A model generated the notes under the pieces. That model made no database searches. It had not been told where the DNA came from and worked only from the letters and a program-made list of their open reading frames with translations. Positions 47,670 through 57,677 of a stretch of DNA of 64,000 bases are shown here, piece by piece. Position 1 is the first letter of the stretch. Every line of letters begins with the position of its first letter. A program made the position numbers and the translations under genes. The DNA is from Candidatus Dormiibacterota bacterium (lineage in GTDB: Bacteria > Chloroflexota > Dormibacteria > Aeolococcales > Aeolococcaceae). The stretch is from assembly GCA_963757475.1 (NCBI GenBank), contig CAVWRW010000001.1, positions 7,207-71,206 of the forward strand. The letters are read 5' to 3'.

Positions 47670-48256
47670 GCGCCGTTGGATTTCTCGCAACAAAAGCGCC
47701 TGACGCTGAGGCGCAGCGCCTCTTCGACGAAGACGTCGCCGAGCTTGGCTACGTGATGAACGTATCGAAGCTCTGGGCGTATCAGCCGGCCACCCTGAGC
47801 CACCTGTTCGACCTCATGGGCGAGACCTACGCGACCGAGGGTCTCACCTTCCGTCAGCGCGGAATCCTGGTCACCGCCTGCGCGTCGACCTTGCATGATG
47901 CGTACTGCTCACTGGCCTGGGGGACGAAGCTCGCCAGCAAGTCCGACGCGGAAACAGCCGCGGGGGTTCTTCGAGGCATCGATGATCACCTCAGTCCCGA
48001 AGAGCATGCAATGGCACAGTGGGCTCGCAAGGTCGCGCGCGACCCGAATGACATCGTCGCTGCGGATGTGCAGGCCCTTCGTGAAGCCGGGTACAGCGAT
48101 GCACAGATCTTCGGAATGACGGTGTACGTCGCTCTGCGACTCGCGTTCTCGACGATCAATGATGCGCTCGGTGCTCGACCCAACTCGGCGTTCCGGTCAA
48201 CGGCGCCGAAGGCCGTTCTCGATGCTGTCGATTACGGCCGCCCCATCGACGAGTAG
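47666..48256 (+). CDS. carboxymuconolactone decarboxylase / AhpD-like family protein
   Basis: 196 aa, helical, with the pattern QRGILVTACASTLHDAYCSLAWG.... Its start overlaps the preceding stop (ATGA). Confidence 0.55.
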   Translation: MSAVGFLATKAPDAEAQRLFDEDVAELGYVMNVSKLWAYQPATLSHLFDLMGETYATEGLTFRQRGILVTACASTLHDAYCSLAWGTKLASKSDAETAAGVLRGIDDHLSPEEHAMAQWARKVARDPNDIVAADVQALREAGYSDAQIFGMTVYVALRLAFSTINDALGARPNSAFRSTAPKAVLDAVDYGRPIDE

Positions 48257-48329
48257 ATCAAACTCCGAAAACCGCTGCGGAAAGGGAAGGCCAGCGGTCA
48301 TGACCAGCGAACACGGTCATGTGCCACGG

Positions 48330-48479
48330 TTGCGCCATCAATGGATTCGACCGCGTGTGCGGTAGTCGTCACTCCAACCAACTCTCGATAAAACCCCGCT
48401 TTCTGAATGGGCTTCGCGCCTGCGAATAAGTACTGGTCTGGGGAAGCAGGGTCGCAGGTTCGAGTCCTGTCTCCGCGCA
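48330..48479 (+). repeat. dispersed repeat copy 4 with degenerate tRNA-Pro(GGG)-like 3' half (48434-48479)
   Basis: CTGGT-CTGGGGA-AGCAG (one mismatch), GGTC, GCAGG-TTCGAGT-CCTGT, then CTCCGCG followed by C. The 5' module is GGATTCGACCGCG...GTAGTCGTCACTCCAACCAACTCTCGA...GAATAAG. Confidence 0.7.
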
Positions 48480-48555
48480 ACATCTGGGTCAGTGCGCGGC
48501 AGAACCCCGTCCATGCGTCGAACATCACTCGCGGATCCGCGTCAACAATACGGCG

Positions 48556-50718
48556 TTAAGAAGCCGCCGGCTCGACCGAAGGTCGCTCGTAAGCCATCAA
48601 TTGCGCCTGCAATTGCTCGATGGGCATCGGTTTCCCAAAGAGGTAACCCTGTCCGATGGTGTACCCAAGCTCGGCCAGCGTGGCAGCCTCAGAATCGGTC
48701 TCGATTCCCTCGGCGACGATCTGTGCCCCGATCGCTGCACTCACCTGAAGAATGGCCGCAGCCATCGATCGTGCGGGCGCTCGCTTGTCGATGTCGGTCA
48801 CGAATGCGCGGTCGAGCTTGATCACGTCAACAGGGAGACGCTGCAGCCGAGCCAGGGAGGAATATCCCGTACCGAAGTCGTCGATTGCGACCCTGACACC
48901 TTGAGACCGCAGCCGCTCAAAGGCTCTTCGGGCGAGGCCGATGTCGTCCATGAGTGCGCTCTCGGTGACCTCGACCACGAGTGCATTGGGGGACAGCCCA
49001 GTGCTGCTCAGAACGTTCTCGACCCATCCGGCGAAGAGATCGCCGACCAATTGGCGCACCGAGACGTTGACTGCGATATAGATGCCACAGGTGCGTTGCA
49101 GTGTGAGGACTTTCGAGCACGCGGTCGACATCACCCATTGGCCAATCGGCACCATGAGGCCGCTCTTCTCGGCAATCGGGATGAAGTCACTGGGAGGAAT
49201 GAGCCCTTGCTCAGGATGCCTCCATCGCAGCAACGCCTCCGCACCGATCACACGCTGATCGAGGAGGTTCACCACGGGCTGATACGCTATGTGCAACTGC
49301 CCGGCGCTCATCGCTTGTCGCAATCCATCCTGGATTTCGAGCTGATGCCGGACCTCTCTTCGCATCGCTGCGTCGTAAAGTCGATACTGTCCCGCACCGG
49401 CGCTCCTGGCGTGTGTCAACGCTGACGCCGCGTTGCGAATCAGCGTCGGTGCGGAATGGGCACGCGGTTTCGTTTGCAGGCCGATGCCGAGACTCGCGGT
49501 CATATGGATGGGATGACCGTGGACCTGAACATCGTCTTCCAGCGCTGCGAAGATGCGGATTGCGGCGTTGGCTGCTTCGACCCGATTGTTCACCTTTGGC
49601 GCCACCACCGCAAACTCATCGGCCCCATACCTGGCAACCACCCACTCGGGAAATATCGTCGAAACTCGCGCTGCGATCTCACGCAATACGGCGTCGCCGA
49701 CCTTGTGACCGAGGCTGTCGTTAATGAGATTGAAGTCGTCGAGATCGAGGAGGAGCAGCGCGCCGGTCAGCTGGCCGGCTGCCGCGAGGTCACTGAGGTG
49801 CTCCACCAGACCGGAGCGTCCGAGAAGGCCGGTCAAGGCATCGTGTCGCACGGCAAACAGCCGCAACTCGTCGGCCCGCCGGCCCTCCTCCTCAGCCGAA
49901 ACCTCGGCGGTGATATTGCTGGATACGGCGATCACACCGATGATTGCACCCGCGTCATCGCGCATCGGGGCATGGAGTGTCAGATACGTGCTGCCGTTGA
50001 AGAGGGCCCTGGACGTCGATTCCAACCCGGCGAGCGCTTGCTCAAGTGCGAGGAGTCCGCCCGCATCGGCCGTGATCTCCGTAACGTGCTTGCCCACATA
50101 GTCCTTGAGGCGAACGCCTGCAAGCTCGCGCTCCCCGGCTGCGAAGGTCAAGCGCAGGTTGGTGTCGTACGTTGTGAAGACCACCGGGAGCGCGGCGACC
50201 GCCGCGTCAATCACGGCCTGGCTACGCGCCTGCGCGGCTTTGATCTGATGCTGCTGTGTCAGGTCCTGCATGAGCACCAGCGCCTGCACTGCTACTCCCG
50301 CCTCATCGCGCACCGCGGAGACCGTCGACAGTATCGGGAAGATGCGGCCGTCCTTGTGCTGCAGCACCCGCTCGACGGAGTAGCCGTCGACATGGCCACC
50401 GGCGAGACGCGCGATCGCATCGGAGGTGGGATCTTGGGCGGCAGGGAAGATCTTCGCAACCGGCGAGCCGACGAGTTCGTCAGCGCTGTATCCGGTCATG
50501 GTGCACAGGGCCTGGTTCGCGACGTGAATGCGAAATTCGGTGAAGTCGACGATCAACTGCCCCAGTGAGCCGCGCTCGAACATGCTCCGGTAGAGCCGGA
50601 GGCCTTCCTCACGGCCTGCCTCGTGGGCCGCGTCGAGGCGGCGTGCTAGGCGGGTTCGGGTGCGCGGAGCGGGTGCTATCGCCATCGGGTCGACACGTGC
50701 ACCTTGCTGCCTCTTCAT
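48556..50718 (-). CDS. PAS/PAC - GGDEF - EAL signalling protein
   Basis: 720 aa from the ATG at 50718. It has two PAS-like segments. The GGDEF site reads RYGADEF (second Gly replaced). EAL-domain motifs are VVEVTES, DDFGTGYSSL and QGYLFGKP. Confidence 0.85.
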   Translation of the reverse strand: MKRQQGARVDPMAIAPAPRTRTRLARRLDAAHEAGREEGLRLYRSMFERGSLGQLIVDFTEFRIHVANQALCTMTGYSADELVGSPVAKIFPAAQDPTSDAIARLAGGHVDGYSVERVLQHKDGRIFPILSTVSAVRDEAGVAVQALVLMQDLTQQHQIKAAQARSQAVIDAAVAALPVVFTTYDTNLRLTFAAGERELAGVRLKDYVGKHVTEITADAGGLLALEQALAGLESTSRALFNGSTYLTLHAPMRDDAGAIIGVIAVSSNITAEVSAEEEGRRADELRLFAVRHDALTGLLGRSGLVEHLSDLAAAGQLTGALLLLDLDDFNLINDSLGHKVGDAVLREIAARVSTIFPEWVVARYGADEFAVVAPKVNNRVEAANAAIRIFAALEDDVQVHGHPIHMTASLGIGLQTKPRAHSAPTLIRNAASALTHARSAGAGQYRLYDAAMRREVRHQLEIQDGLRQAMSAGQLHIAYQPVVNLLDQRVIGAEALLRWRHPEQGLIPPSDFIPIAEKSGLMVPIGQWVMSTACSKVLTLQRTCGIYIAVNVSVRQLVGDLFAGWVENVLSSTGLSPNALVVEVTESALMDDIGLARRAFERLRSQGVRVAIDDFGTGYSSLARLQRLPVDVIKLDRAFVTDIDKRAPARSMAAAILQVSAAIGAQIVAEGIETDSEAATLAELGYTIGQGYLFGKPMPIEQLQAQLMAYERPSVEPAAS

Positions 50719-51266
50719 CGCCGCTCCTGTTCGCCTCCCTGCTGTCGGTTTCCAATTCACCGTCCGGACGTGTGGTAAGGCCACACCGTGGTCAAGGCCA
50801 GATCCAGCTTGCGGGGTGCCTCGCCGCCCTATGCATCTGTGTATTAGGTAGCGGTCTAATCCTCCTTGGTACCCGGCGCCGACCGCGTGATCACACTGTG
50901 ACCGCGCGGACACATCGGGCCTCACGTGCGGGTGACCCACGTCTCGAATCCAGTGACGTGAATCACGGCGCGACCGAGCGCCGAACGCCGCGGATCGCCG
51001 ATGGGGGTAACTCGGGACGCCAAAGGTTGTGCAGCGCCGTGGACGCGAGCCTGGTTCGAGCGTCTCTCGAGCATCCCGTTTCCGGAATGGGTCACCAGCG
51101 ATGCGTTTGGTTCTGGCGCCCACTACGAGGCGAAGGGCCCCGCTCGTCGTGACAATGCCGCACTCATTATTGGCCCGGCCCCGATTGACAAGCGCGGATC
51201 CACAGGACTACTGTCCACTCGCTCACTTGAGCACTTAGCTATGGCGCAATGTCAGGAGGAGTGGCG

Positions 51267-53417
51267 ATGGGGATTCTGCGTCGAACTGACGACCATTTCA
51301 AGAGGGGGGTGGCCGACCGAGCGCGGAACGGCCAACATGGCCGAACAACCATTCTTGTGTCGATTGTCGGCCTTGTGCTCGGGTCGCTCGTGGCGGTCGC
51401 CGCACCAGCGGCGGCGGCGGCCAAGACGCCGGCAGTCCATGCCACGACACTCGGTGCGGCAAGCACATCGCATGTGAAAACGGGCGATCTCACGCTCGCC
51501 GGAACAACTCCGAGCCCCTTCTCGGCCGCAGCCGCCAAGGTTGCCAGCACCCCAGCGACCCACGCTGCGCTTCCGGCCGTTGGCCGTCTGCGCGCAGGGG
51601 TCAAAGGCGGTGCCAATGCGGCGACCGACCTACCGCTCCCCGTGGTGAATTGCCAACCCGCCGGAGCAGGATGCGATTCGATCAGCGGGAGCGGCGGCGC
51701 GACCACGAATCCGTACGGCATGGCTGCTACGGACAACAGCAAGCTGTACAACGAGGATATCGAGCCACCCGACCAGGGTCTGTGCGCGGGTAACGGCTAC
51801 GTGATGGAATCCATCAACATCGGGGAAGTTCAGATCTTCAAGGGCAGCGGGCTGGCTGCGGCGTCGTCAGCTGCGGCACTCGATACCTTGATGGGACTGA
51901 CCGCCCGTGGCTGGAGCAGCGGTGGGGACATCATGTGCGAGTACAACTCGGACAACGGTGGTCACTGGTTCATCACCGAGATCGTCTCGACCACGTCGAG
52001 CCCATTCACCGGTTGCTTTGCCGGCATTCTCGAAGGGTGCCGTGAGGGTCTCGCGGTCAGCACGGGGAGCAACCCGCTCACCAGCTCGTGGAACATCTAC
52101 TTCATCGATGCCAACCATTTCAGCCCGAAGGATCCGGGCGCGGGATATCTCCTCAACGACTACGGCAAGATGGGCACAACGAGTGCCGCCCTGCTCTTCT
52201 TCTATGACGAGTTCAACTTGAGCGGCAGCCTCCCGCCGTGTCCGGCATTTGGCTGCGATCAGTTCAACGGTGCTCAGGAGTTCGCAATCCAGAAGACCGC
52301 ACTCGAGCAAGGACGGTCGAAGGTGTACCTCGTTCACGAGAACATGGGCACCGATCCGAGCATTCAACCGCCGGACGGAAATTGCGACAACGGAGCGACA
52401 GCCGGCGTGACCTGCTGGTACCAGGTGATTCCCGCCACGTCGCCGGCGGGCCAGTACGACAACAGTCACGGTGGCACCGGGTTCATGGCAGCAACGCTCG
52501 ACTTCAATTCGTTCACCTTCGGTAATGGGACCGGCGACAATCGCGCCGCCGTCTTCTACTGGACGGGGTTGAACAGCCTCACGAGCGCCGGCTGCTCGGC
52601 GTGCGGCAGCATCCGTTTCGGTGGCACGTTGTTCACCGGAGTCGAGACCTACTCCGACAGCGGACAAGCCTGCCCCACAAGCACCGGAAATCCATGCGGC
52701 ATGGCTCCGCAGCGGCACGGCACCCTCGACCTCGGAACCTACTGCGAGGCGCTCGGCCTGGCGACCGAATCGACCTGCCCCGAGGAAGGCATCGCCACGA
52801 ACGGGGACGGCGTGACGCAGGCCTCGTACTCGGGTGGCCAGCTCTGGTTCGCCGTCAGTACCCTGATCAGTGAAACGTTCGGTGCGAACAGTGAAATCCA
52901 TGTCGGCTCGGCGTACTTCGTCGTCGGCACGAGTGGTTTTGGTGGTTCAAGCCACGCGCTCTCGATGACCAGCCAGGGTTACGTTGCGGCCGCGCACGAA
53001 GACATGGAGTTCCCGACCTTGGTCGGCGGCACCAACAATGCGCTGATGTCCTTCACACTCTCCGGTGACGGCGGACCGACCCACGCCGACGGCGGTGGTT
53101 ACTTCCCGAGCAGCGCCTACGGCTGGGTGACCTCGAGCTCTTCAGGGCTGGTCGGCAGAGCCGTGCACGTGACCGTATCCGGCAAGGCTCCACAGGACGG
53201 ATTCAGCGAATATCAGGGACTCCCTGGTCCGATCCGGCCGCGCTGGGGTGACTACGGCGCAGCGGTGTATGTCCCGGGTTCCGGCTACTACTTCGCGTCG
53301 GAGTACATCCAGTACCCGAACTGCAACCCGAGGTACTTTTACGAGACTGACCCCACATGCGGTGGGACACGCGATGAATTTGCGAACTTCGGTACCTCGG
53401 TGAACTTCGTCAAATAG
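51267..53417 (+). CDS. large secreted Cys-rich protein of unknown function
   Basis: 716 aa with an AGGAGG RBS. Signal/TM segment ILVSIVGLVLGSLVAVAAPAAAAA. It has many Cys pairs and a C-terminal RWGDYGAA motif. I recognise no confident family. Confidence 0.7.
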   Translation: MGILRRTDDHFKRGVADRARNGQHGRTTILVSIVGLVLGSLVAVAAPAAAAAKTPAVHATTLGAASTSHVKTGDLTLAGTTPSPFSAAAAKVASTPATHAALPAVGRLRAGVKGGANAATDLPLPVVNCQPAGAGCDSISGSGGATTNPYGMAATDNSKLYNEDIEPPDQGLCAGNGYVMESINIGEVQIFKGSGLAAASSAAALDTLMGLTARGWSSGGDIMCEYNSDNGGHWFITEIVSTTSSPFTGCFAGILEGCREGLAVSTGSNPLTSSWNIYFIDANHFSPKDPGAGYLLNDYGKMGTTSAALLFFYDEFNLSGSLPPCPAFGCDQFNGAQEFAIQKTALEQGRSKVYLVHENMGTDPSIQPPDGNCDNGATAGVTCWYQVIPATSPAGQYDNSHGGTGFMAATLDFNSFTFGNGTGDNRAAVFYWTGLNSLTSAGCSACGSIRFGGTLFTGVETYSDSGQACPTSTGNPCGMAPQRHGTLDLGTYCEALGLATESTCPEEGIATNGDGVTQASYSGGQLWFAVSTLISETFGANSEIHVGSAYFVVGTSGFGGSSHALSMTSQGYVAAAHEDMEFPTLVGGTNNALMSFTLSGDGGPTHADGGGYFPSSAYGWVTSSSSGLVGRAVHVTVSGKAPQDGFSEYQGLPGPIRPRWGDYGAAVYVPGSGYYFASEYIQYPNCNPRYFYETDPTCGGTRDEFANFGTSVNFVK

Positions 53418-53440
53418 CGGCCGCTAGCCGCGAGTTCGCT

Positions 53441-53469
53441 GGTGGGGCGGCGCTTGCCGCCGCCCCACC
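53441..53469. terminator. strong GC hairpin between convergent genes
   Basis: GGTGGGGCGGCG-loop-CGCCGCCCCACC, a 12-bp perfect stem, sits 24 nt after the stop at 53417 and 41 nt from the Crp gene end. There is no T tract. Confidence 0.5.
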
Positions 53470-53509
53470 GGAACTTGCCGAATTGATTCCATAGTTGCGG
53501 GGAAGGAGG

Positions 53510-54172
53510 TCAGCGCTCCCGTCCCGGGATTCTGCGCAGCGCGATTCGATTCAGTCGCTCCTCGTCGAGTATCTCCACCCGCTGGGGCTTGGTAGCGATG
53601 ATCCCTTGAGCGCGGAGGGAGCTCAGCTCGCGATTGACAACCTCGCGCGCGGTCCCGGCTGCGTCAGCAAGTCGCTGCTGCGTGATGTGCGCAACCGCCA
53701 GTCCATCGTGGGTGGGCAGGGCGATTGCTCCAAGGTGGAGGGCGATGCGCGCTGCCGCCGGCAGCGAGCAGATTTCCTGAAGAGTATGGAGGGCACTGGA
53801 CGCCCAGGTCGCGACGTGCTCCGCGATCAGCCACGGAAGGTCGGGGCGGCGCACTGCGGCCGCCCGCACATGATCCATTGTCAAGATCTCGACCGTGGTG
53901 TCCACGACAGCCTCGGCACTCCACATGCGGCTGCTTCCGAGCAGCGGGATCAATCCGACCAGATCGCCCCGCCGGCAATAGCGGATGGTCAACTGCTGCC
54001 CAGTTGTCCCGCAGAGAAAGACACGGACGATGCCGGCTCGGACGAGCGCAATCCTTGGTGGCGCGCCCGGCCGAAAGATGAGATCGCCGGCAGGGACGTA
54101 TGCAGGCTCGACGAAGCCTTCGAGCACCTCCTCCCAGATGGCGCGCCTATTTTCCTGGACGTTCTCGACCAA
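53510..54172 (-). CDS. Crp/Fnr-family transcriptional regulator (paralog 1)
   Basis: A cNMP-binding-like barrel (PAGDLIFRPGAPPRIALVRAGIVRVF...TIRYCRRGDLVG) and a C-terminal HTH (QQRLADAAGTAREVVNRELSSLRAQG). Confidence 0.85.
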   Translation of the reverse strand: MVENVQENRRAIWEEVLEGFVEPAYVPAGDLIFRPGAPPRIALVRAGIVRVFLCGTTGQQLTIRYCRRGDLVGLIPLLGSSRMWSAEAVVDTTVEILTMDHVRAAAVRRPDLPWLIAEHVATWASSALHTLQEICSLPAAARIALHLGAIALPTHDGLAVAHITQQRLADAAGTAREVVNRELSSLRAQGIIATKPQRVEILDEERLNRIALRRIPGRER

Positions 54173-54371
54173 TCCGCAACGAGGGTAGCTTTGTCCGGCG
54201 CGGCAGGTCTATGACTACGGTAGCAACGTGGGTGACCCGACGCACACTGAGCTTGAGATGCATTGCTCACGTTCTTTGTATGTCGCGGGTCGTAGCCGCT
54301 CCTTGCGATCCACCTTCGGAAAGTCCACTGTGTGACGTGAATCTCGCCGAGGAGCGGCGACGAACGCCACG

Positions 54372-55424
54372 GTGCGCCCCGGGGGGACACAAACGCCCAA
54401 GGAAGAGCCACTCCATTCCGAAGGACTCGCGGCGGAGGCGATAGAGGCTGTCGCCAACGCAACCCTTCCCGCGGCGATCCTCGAGGCCCCGTCGGGCCGG
54501 ATCATGGCAGCGAGCCGGCCGCTGGGCGAACTGCTCGCCTCCGACGGCGGCACGGTCGTGGGCCGGACGATCGACGAGTTCATGACCGATCAGCCTTCTG
54601 GAGCGCTCGATCTGCTGCGCACTGGTCGCCTCCAGGGATATGTGACCACGCGTTCGCTCCGCCGCAGGCAAGCGGAGCCCATGCCGGTGCAGGTCTGGGT
54701 GCGCGCCCTAGGGACGGACACTCCGCCGCACTTCGCCGTCGCCGTGTTTGCGACCTCGCTGACGAGGAACGGCGCGCTTCTGCCCGAGGTGGCGCACTCG
54801 GAATTGACGCCCGTCGTGGGGACGTCGGACGACAGCCTGTTGATCGACCGCATCAGCAGCGACGTCGAAGGCCTGCTCGGATACAAGCCATCCGACGTCC
54901 TTGGGCGATCGATTCTGTCATTGGTGACCGATACGAGTGTCCCTCACCTGCTGGGCTCGCTCGCCCACGCCGCGGCGACCGGGGCGGGAGTCACCTTCAA
55001 TCTCGTCGCCTGTTCCAAGCAGGGCGATCCAGTGTTGCTCGAAGCGGTTCTCTGGCCGCTGCGCCCGCCGCCACGCTGCGGGTTCGCGCTGCTCCCCGGC
55101 GCCTACGCCAGAGTCGGGACCGCGGCCGATGTGGAGAACTGGATGTCACGGTTTGTGCGCGATTCTGATGCGGTGTCCCTTTCGAGCCACCTCGCCACAA
55201 CCCCGCGCGAGGGAGATCTGACCGGCCTCTCGCTCCTGACCACCAGAGAGTTGGAAATCGTCAGCCGCCTAGTGGCTGGTGACAAAGTCCCGTCGATCGC
55301 GAAGGCGCTGTTTTTGAGCCCGAGCACGGTGCGCAATCATCTCCATTCCATCTATCAGAAGCTCGGGATCCATTCGCAGCAGGAGCTGATTCACGCATTC
55401 CGTGCAGGGTCCGCGTTTCCCTGA
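54372..55424 (+). CDS. PAS-domain LuxR-family transcriptional regulator (no receiver domain)
   Basis: The C-terminal LuxR HTH is LTTRELEIVSRLVAGDKVPSIAKALFLSPSTVRNHLHSIYQKLG, with two PAS-like segments upstream. The start codon (GTG at 54372) is uncertain. Confidence 0.75.
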   Translation: MRPGGTQTPKEEPLHSEGLAAEAIEAVANATLPAAILEAPSGRIMAASRPLGELLASDGGTVVGRTIDEFMTDQPSGALDLLRTGRLQGYVTTRSLRRRQAEPMPVQVWVRALGTDTPPHFAVAVFATSLTRNGALLPEVAHSELTPVVGTSDDSLLIDRISSDVEGLLGYKPSDVLGRSILSLVTDTSVPHLLGSLAHAAATGAGVTFNLVACSKQGDPVLLEAVLWPLRPPPRCGFALLPGAYARVGTAADVENWMSRFVRDSDAVSLSSHLATTPREGDLTGLSLLTTRELEIVSRLVAGDKVPSIAKALFLSPSTVRNHLHSIYQKLGIHSQQELIHAFRAGSAFP

Positions 55425-55653
55425 TTGTTGCGACGGAGTGCAGTCGCGCGAGGTCATATGCCTGATCTCGATTCGATGCTCGGACGGATGACACTCCGTC
55501 TAGGTTTGCCTGATATCGCGCCTATTCCAAATGGGACGCGGCACCCACACACTCACTTCGATGCCCACGTCCACTCCCACGTCCCTGCCGGGATCGAACT
55601 CGCTACGGGTTTCGGTGAGCTGCGTGCGGAGCCGTCCCTAACAGCTCACTGGG

Positions 55654-56322
55654 ATGTGGCAGGAACAGTTGGGCGCCGGGGTCGACGAGATACACGTCAC
55701 CGCAGGCGCCGCCATCTTGCGCGCGGGTCAGCGCCCGAGGATTGCATTGGTCGTGACCGGCGTCGTGCGCGTGTTCATCACGACACAACTCGGCCGGCAG
55801 ATGACGATCCGTTACGCGCGAGCCGGCGATCTCGTCGGGCTTTTACCCTATCTGGCGGGCACTGATCAGTGGAATGCCGAAGCGATCACCGATGTCAGCG
55901 TCAAGCCTTTCACCTTCGACCAGGTGCGCAGCGCCGGAGCACATGATCCGGAGCTGCGGTGGAGCATCGCGCAACACCTCGCCGGTGTGATGGCCGATGC
56001 GTTGCGCACCGTCGCCGACGCAAGCGGACAACCGATCAAGGTGCGAATCGCGCGCCACCTTCGCGAGATGATGTTGCGTGGTCTCGACGGTCGCGCCGTC
56101 GTCCACATCAGCCATCAGCGCTTGGCTGATGCCGTCGGCACCGTTCGCGAAGTGGTAAGTCGAGAGCTCGCTGCATTGCGAGCGGAGGGCGTGATTGACA
56201 GAACTGCTCGAGCGGTCAGGGTCATCGACGAGGGGAGACTTGCGAGCCTCGCCGCGGGCCACTCGGCCTTGAGCACGAGACGACGTGACCGGAGTCACGC
56301 GGACGGCAATGGCAGTTACTGA
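55654..56322 (+). CDS. Crp/Fnr-family transcriptional regulator (paralog 2)
   Basis: AGAAILRAGQRPRIALVVTGVVRVF...TIRYARAGDLVG and the HTH HQRLADAVGTVREVVSRELAALRAEG. Confidence 0.85.
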   Translation: MWQEQLGAGVDEIHVTAGAAILRAGQRPRIALVVTGVVRVFITTQLGRQMTIRYARAGDLVGLLPYLAGTDQWNAEAITDVSVKPFTFDQVRSAGAHDPELRWSIAQHLAGVMADALRTVADASGQPIKVRIARHLREMMLRGLDGRAVVHISHQRLADAVGTVREVVSRELAALRAEGVIDRTARAVRVIDEGRLASLAAGHSALSTRRRDRSHADGNGSY

Positions 56323-56394
56323 CGTTTCTCGCCGGGCTATGTATAACGGTTCCAGCGTCATTGCGAAACGATCTCGCGTGGACGGGAGTCGATC

Positions 56395-57656
56395 GTGTCC
56401 TCGCAGCCTTTCAACATGAGCGGACTGACCAGCCTCGAGACATGTCGAGGGGAGCGCGCCGCTCATGAGAACGCTAACTCGCGAGGGACAGGACACCAGA
56501 TGACAGCCGCTTCTCCTTACACCGCGACGCTGCTCCAATTGACGGAAGCGGCCATGCCAGGTATGGCGATCGGTCAGCTCGCGCGACGCATTCTCGTCGC
56601 AAGCAGCAGGGTCCTGTTCGCTGACGCGGGATATGTCGTCGACGTCGACTCCCGGGGGCGCGTGCTGAGGGTGCTGGCATCTCGTGGTCTGCCGATGGTT
56701 ATCCCGAGAACGACCCTCGACGAGGGAAGTGCCGCGGCACGTCTCCTGGAATCTGGTGCACCGGTGCTCGCCGTGTCGGACTACGACCTCGCCGGATTCG
56801 CGGAAGGTCGTGTGCTCAAGGAGGCGGGCATGCGCAGCGGTCTCACCGCAGCGATCCGCGGCAGCGAAGCGCCCTATGGATTCCTGGGTGTGTATGCCCG
56901 CGAACCCCGCTTTTGGGCTGCCGAGGAGACTGAGTTCCTGCAACTGATGGCCAACGTCCTCAGTGTTGCGGTAGCAACAAAGGTTGCATCCGACGACCGA
57001 CGGGTGCTGTTGTGCCGCCTGGTCCGCGCCCAGGAGGAGGAACGCAAGCGGATCGCTGTTGAGATCCACGACGACGCGGTACAGGTGATGACGGCTGTGA
57101 ACCTGCATCTCTCGCCGCTCATCGAGCACCTCGAAGGGGAGGAGTACAAGCGAGAAGGCCGCCATGTCCAGGAGACCGTGCGGTTGACCATTGGCCGGCT
57201 GCGACGGTTGCTGTTCCAGCTCATTCCACCCGAGCTGCAGCAGCATGGCCTTGCGGGGTCGCTGCGGCTGCTGCTCGAGACGCTGCATCAGGAGAGCGGC
57301 GTGCGGTGGGAACTCGAGGATCAATTGACAGCAGAGCCCGCGCCCTCTGCGGCGCTCGTGGTGTACCGCATCGTGCAGGAAGCGCTGGGCAATGTCCGCC
57401 AGCACGCGGGTGCGTCGCACGTTCGACTTCGTGTGGTCTCCTGCGAGGGCGGCGTGGACGTGCGAATCGAGGACGACGGGAGCGGGTCGTCGGGTGTAGC
57501 CCAACGCGAACCTGGTCACTTTGGGGTGGTCGGCATGGGCGCGCGCGCCGAGATGTCGGGAGGCAGCGCTCCGGGTCCGCAGCGTCCTGGGGCACGGGAC
57601 GATCGATTGAGTTCTGGATCCCAGAGTCCGGCTCGAACGCAGTCCGATGCGTTTGA
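56395..57656 (+). pseudogene. GAF-domain sensor histidine kinase (HisKA_3 / NarL-partner type) with two frame shifts near 57563 and 57605
   Basis: H-box EEERKRIAVEIHDDAVQ and N box IVQEALGNVRQHA. The C-terminal G2 region reads ...RAEMSGG | ALRVRSVLGHGTI | IEFWIPES across three successive frames. Confidence 0.75.
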
Positions 57657-57677
57657 GGTAGGTAGTCCGATCGTCGA

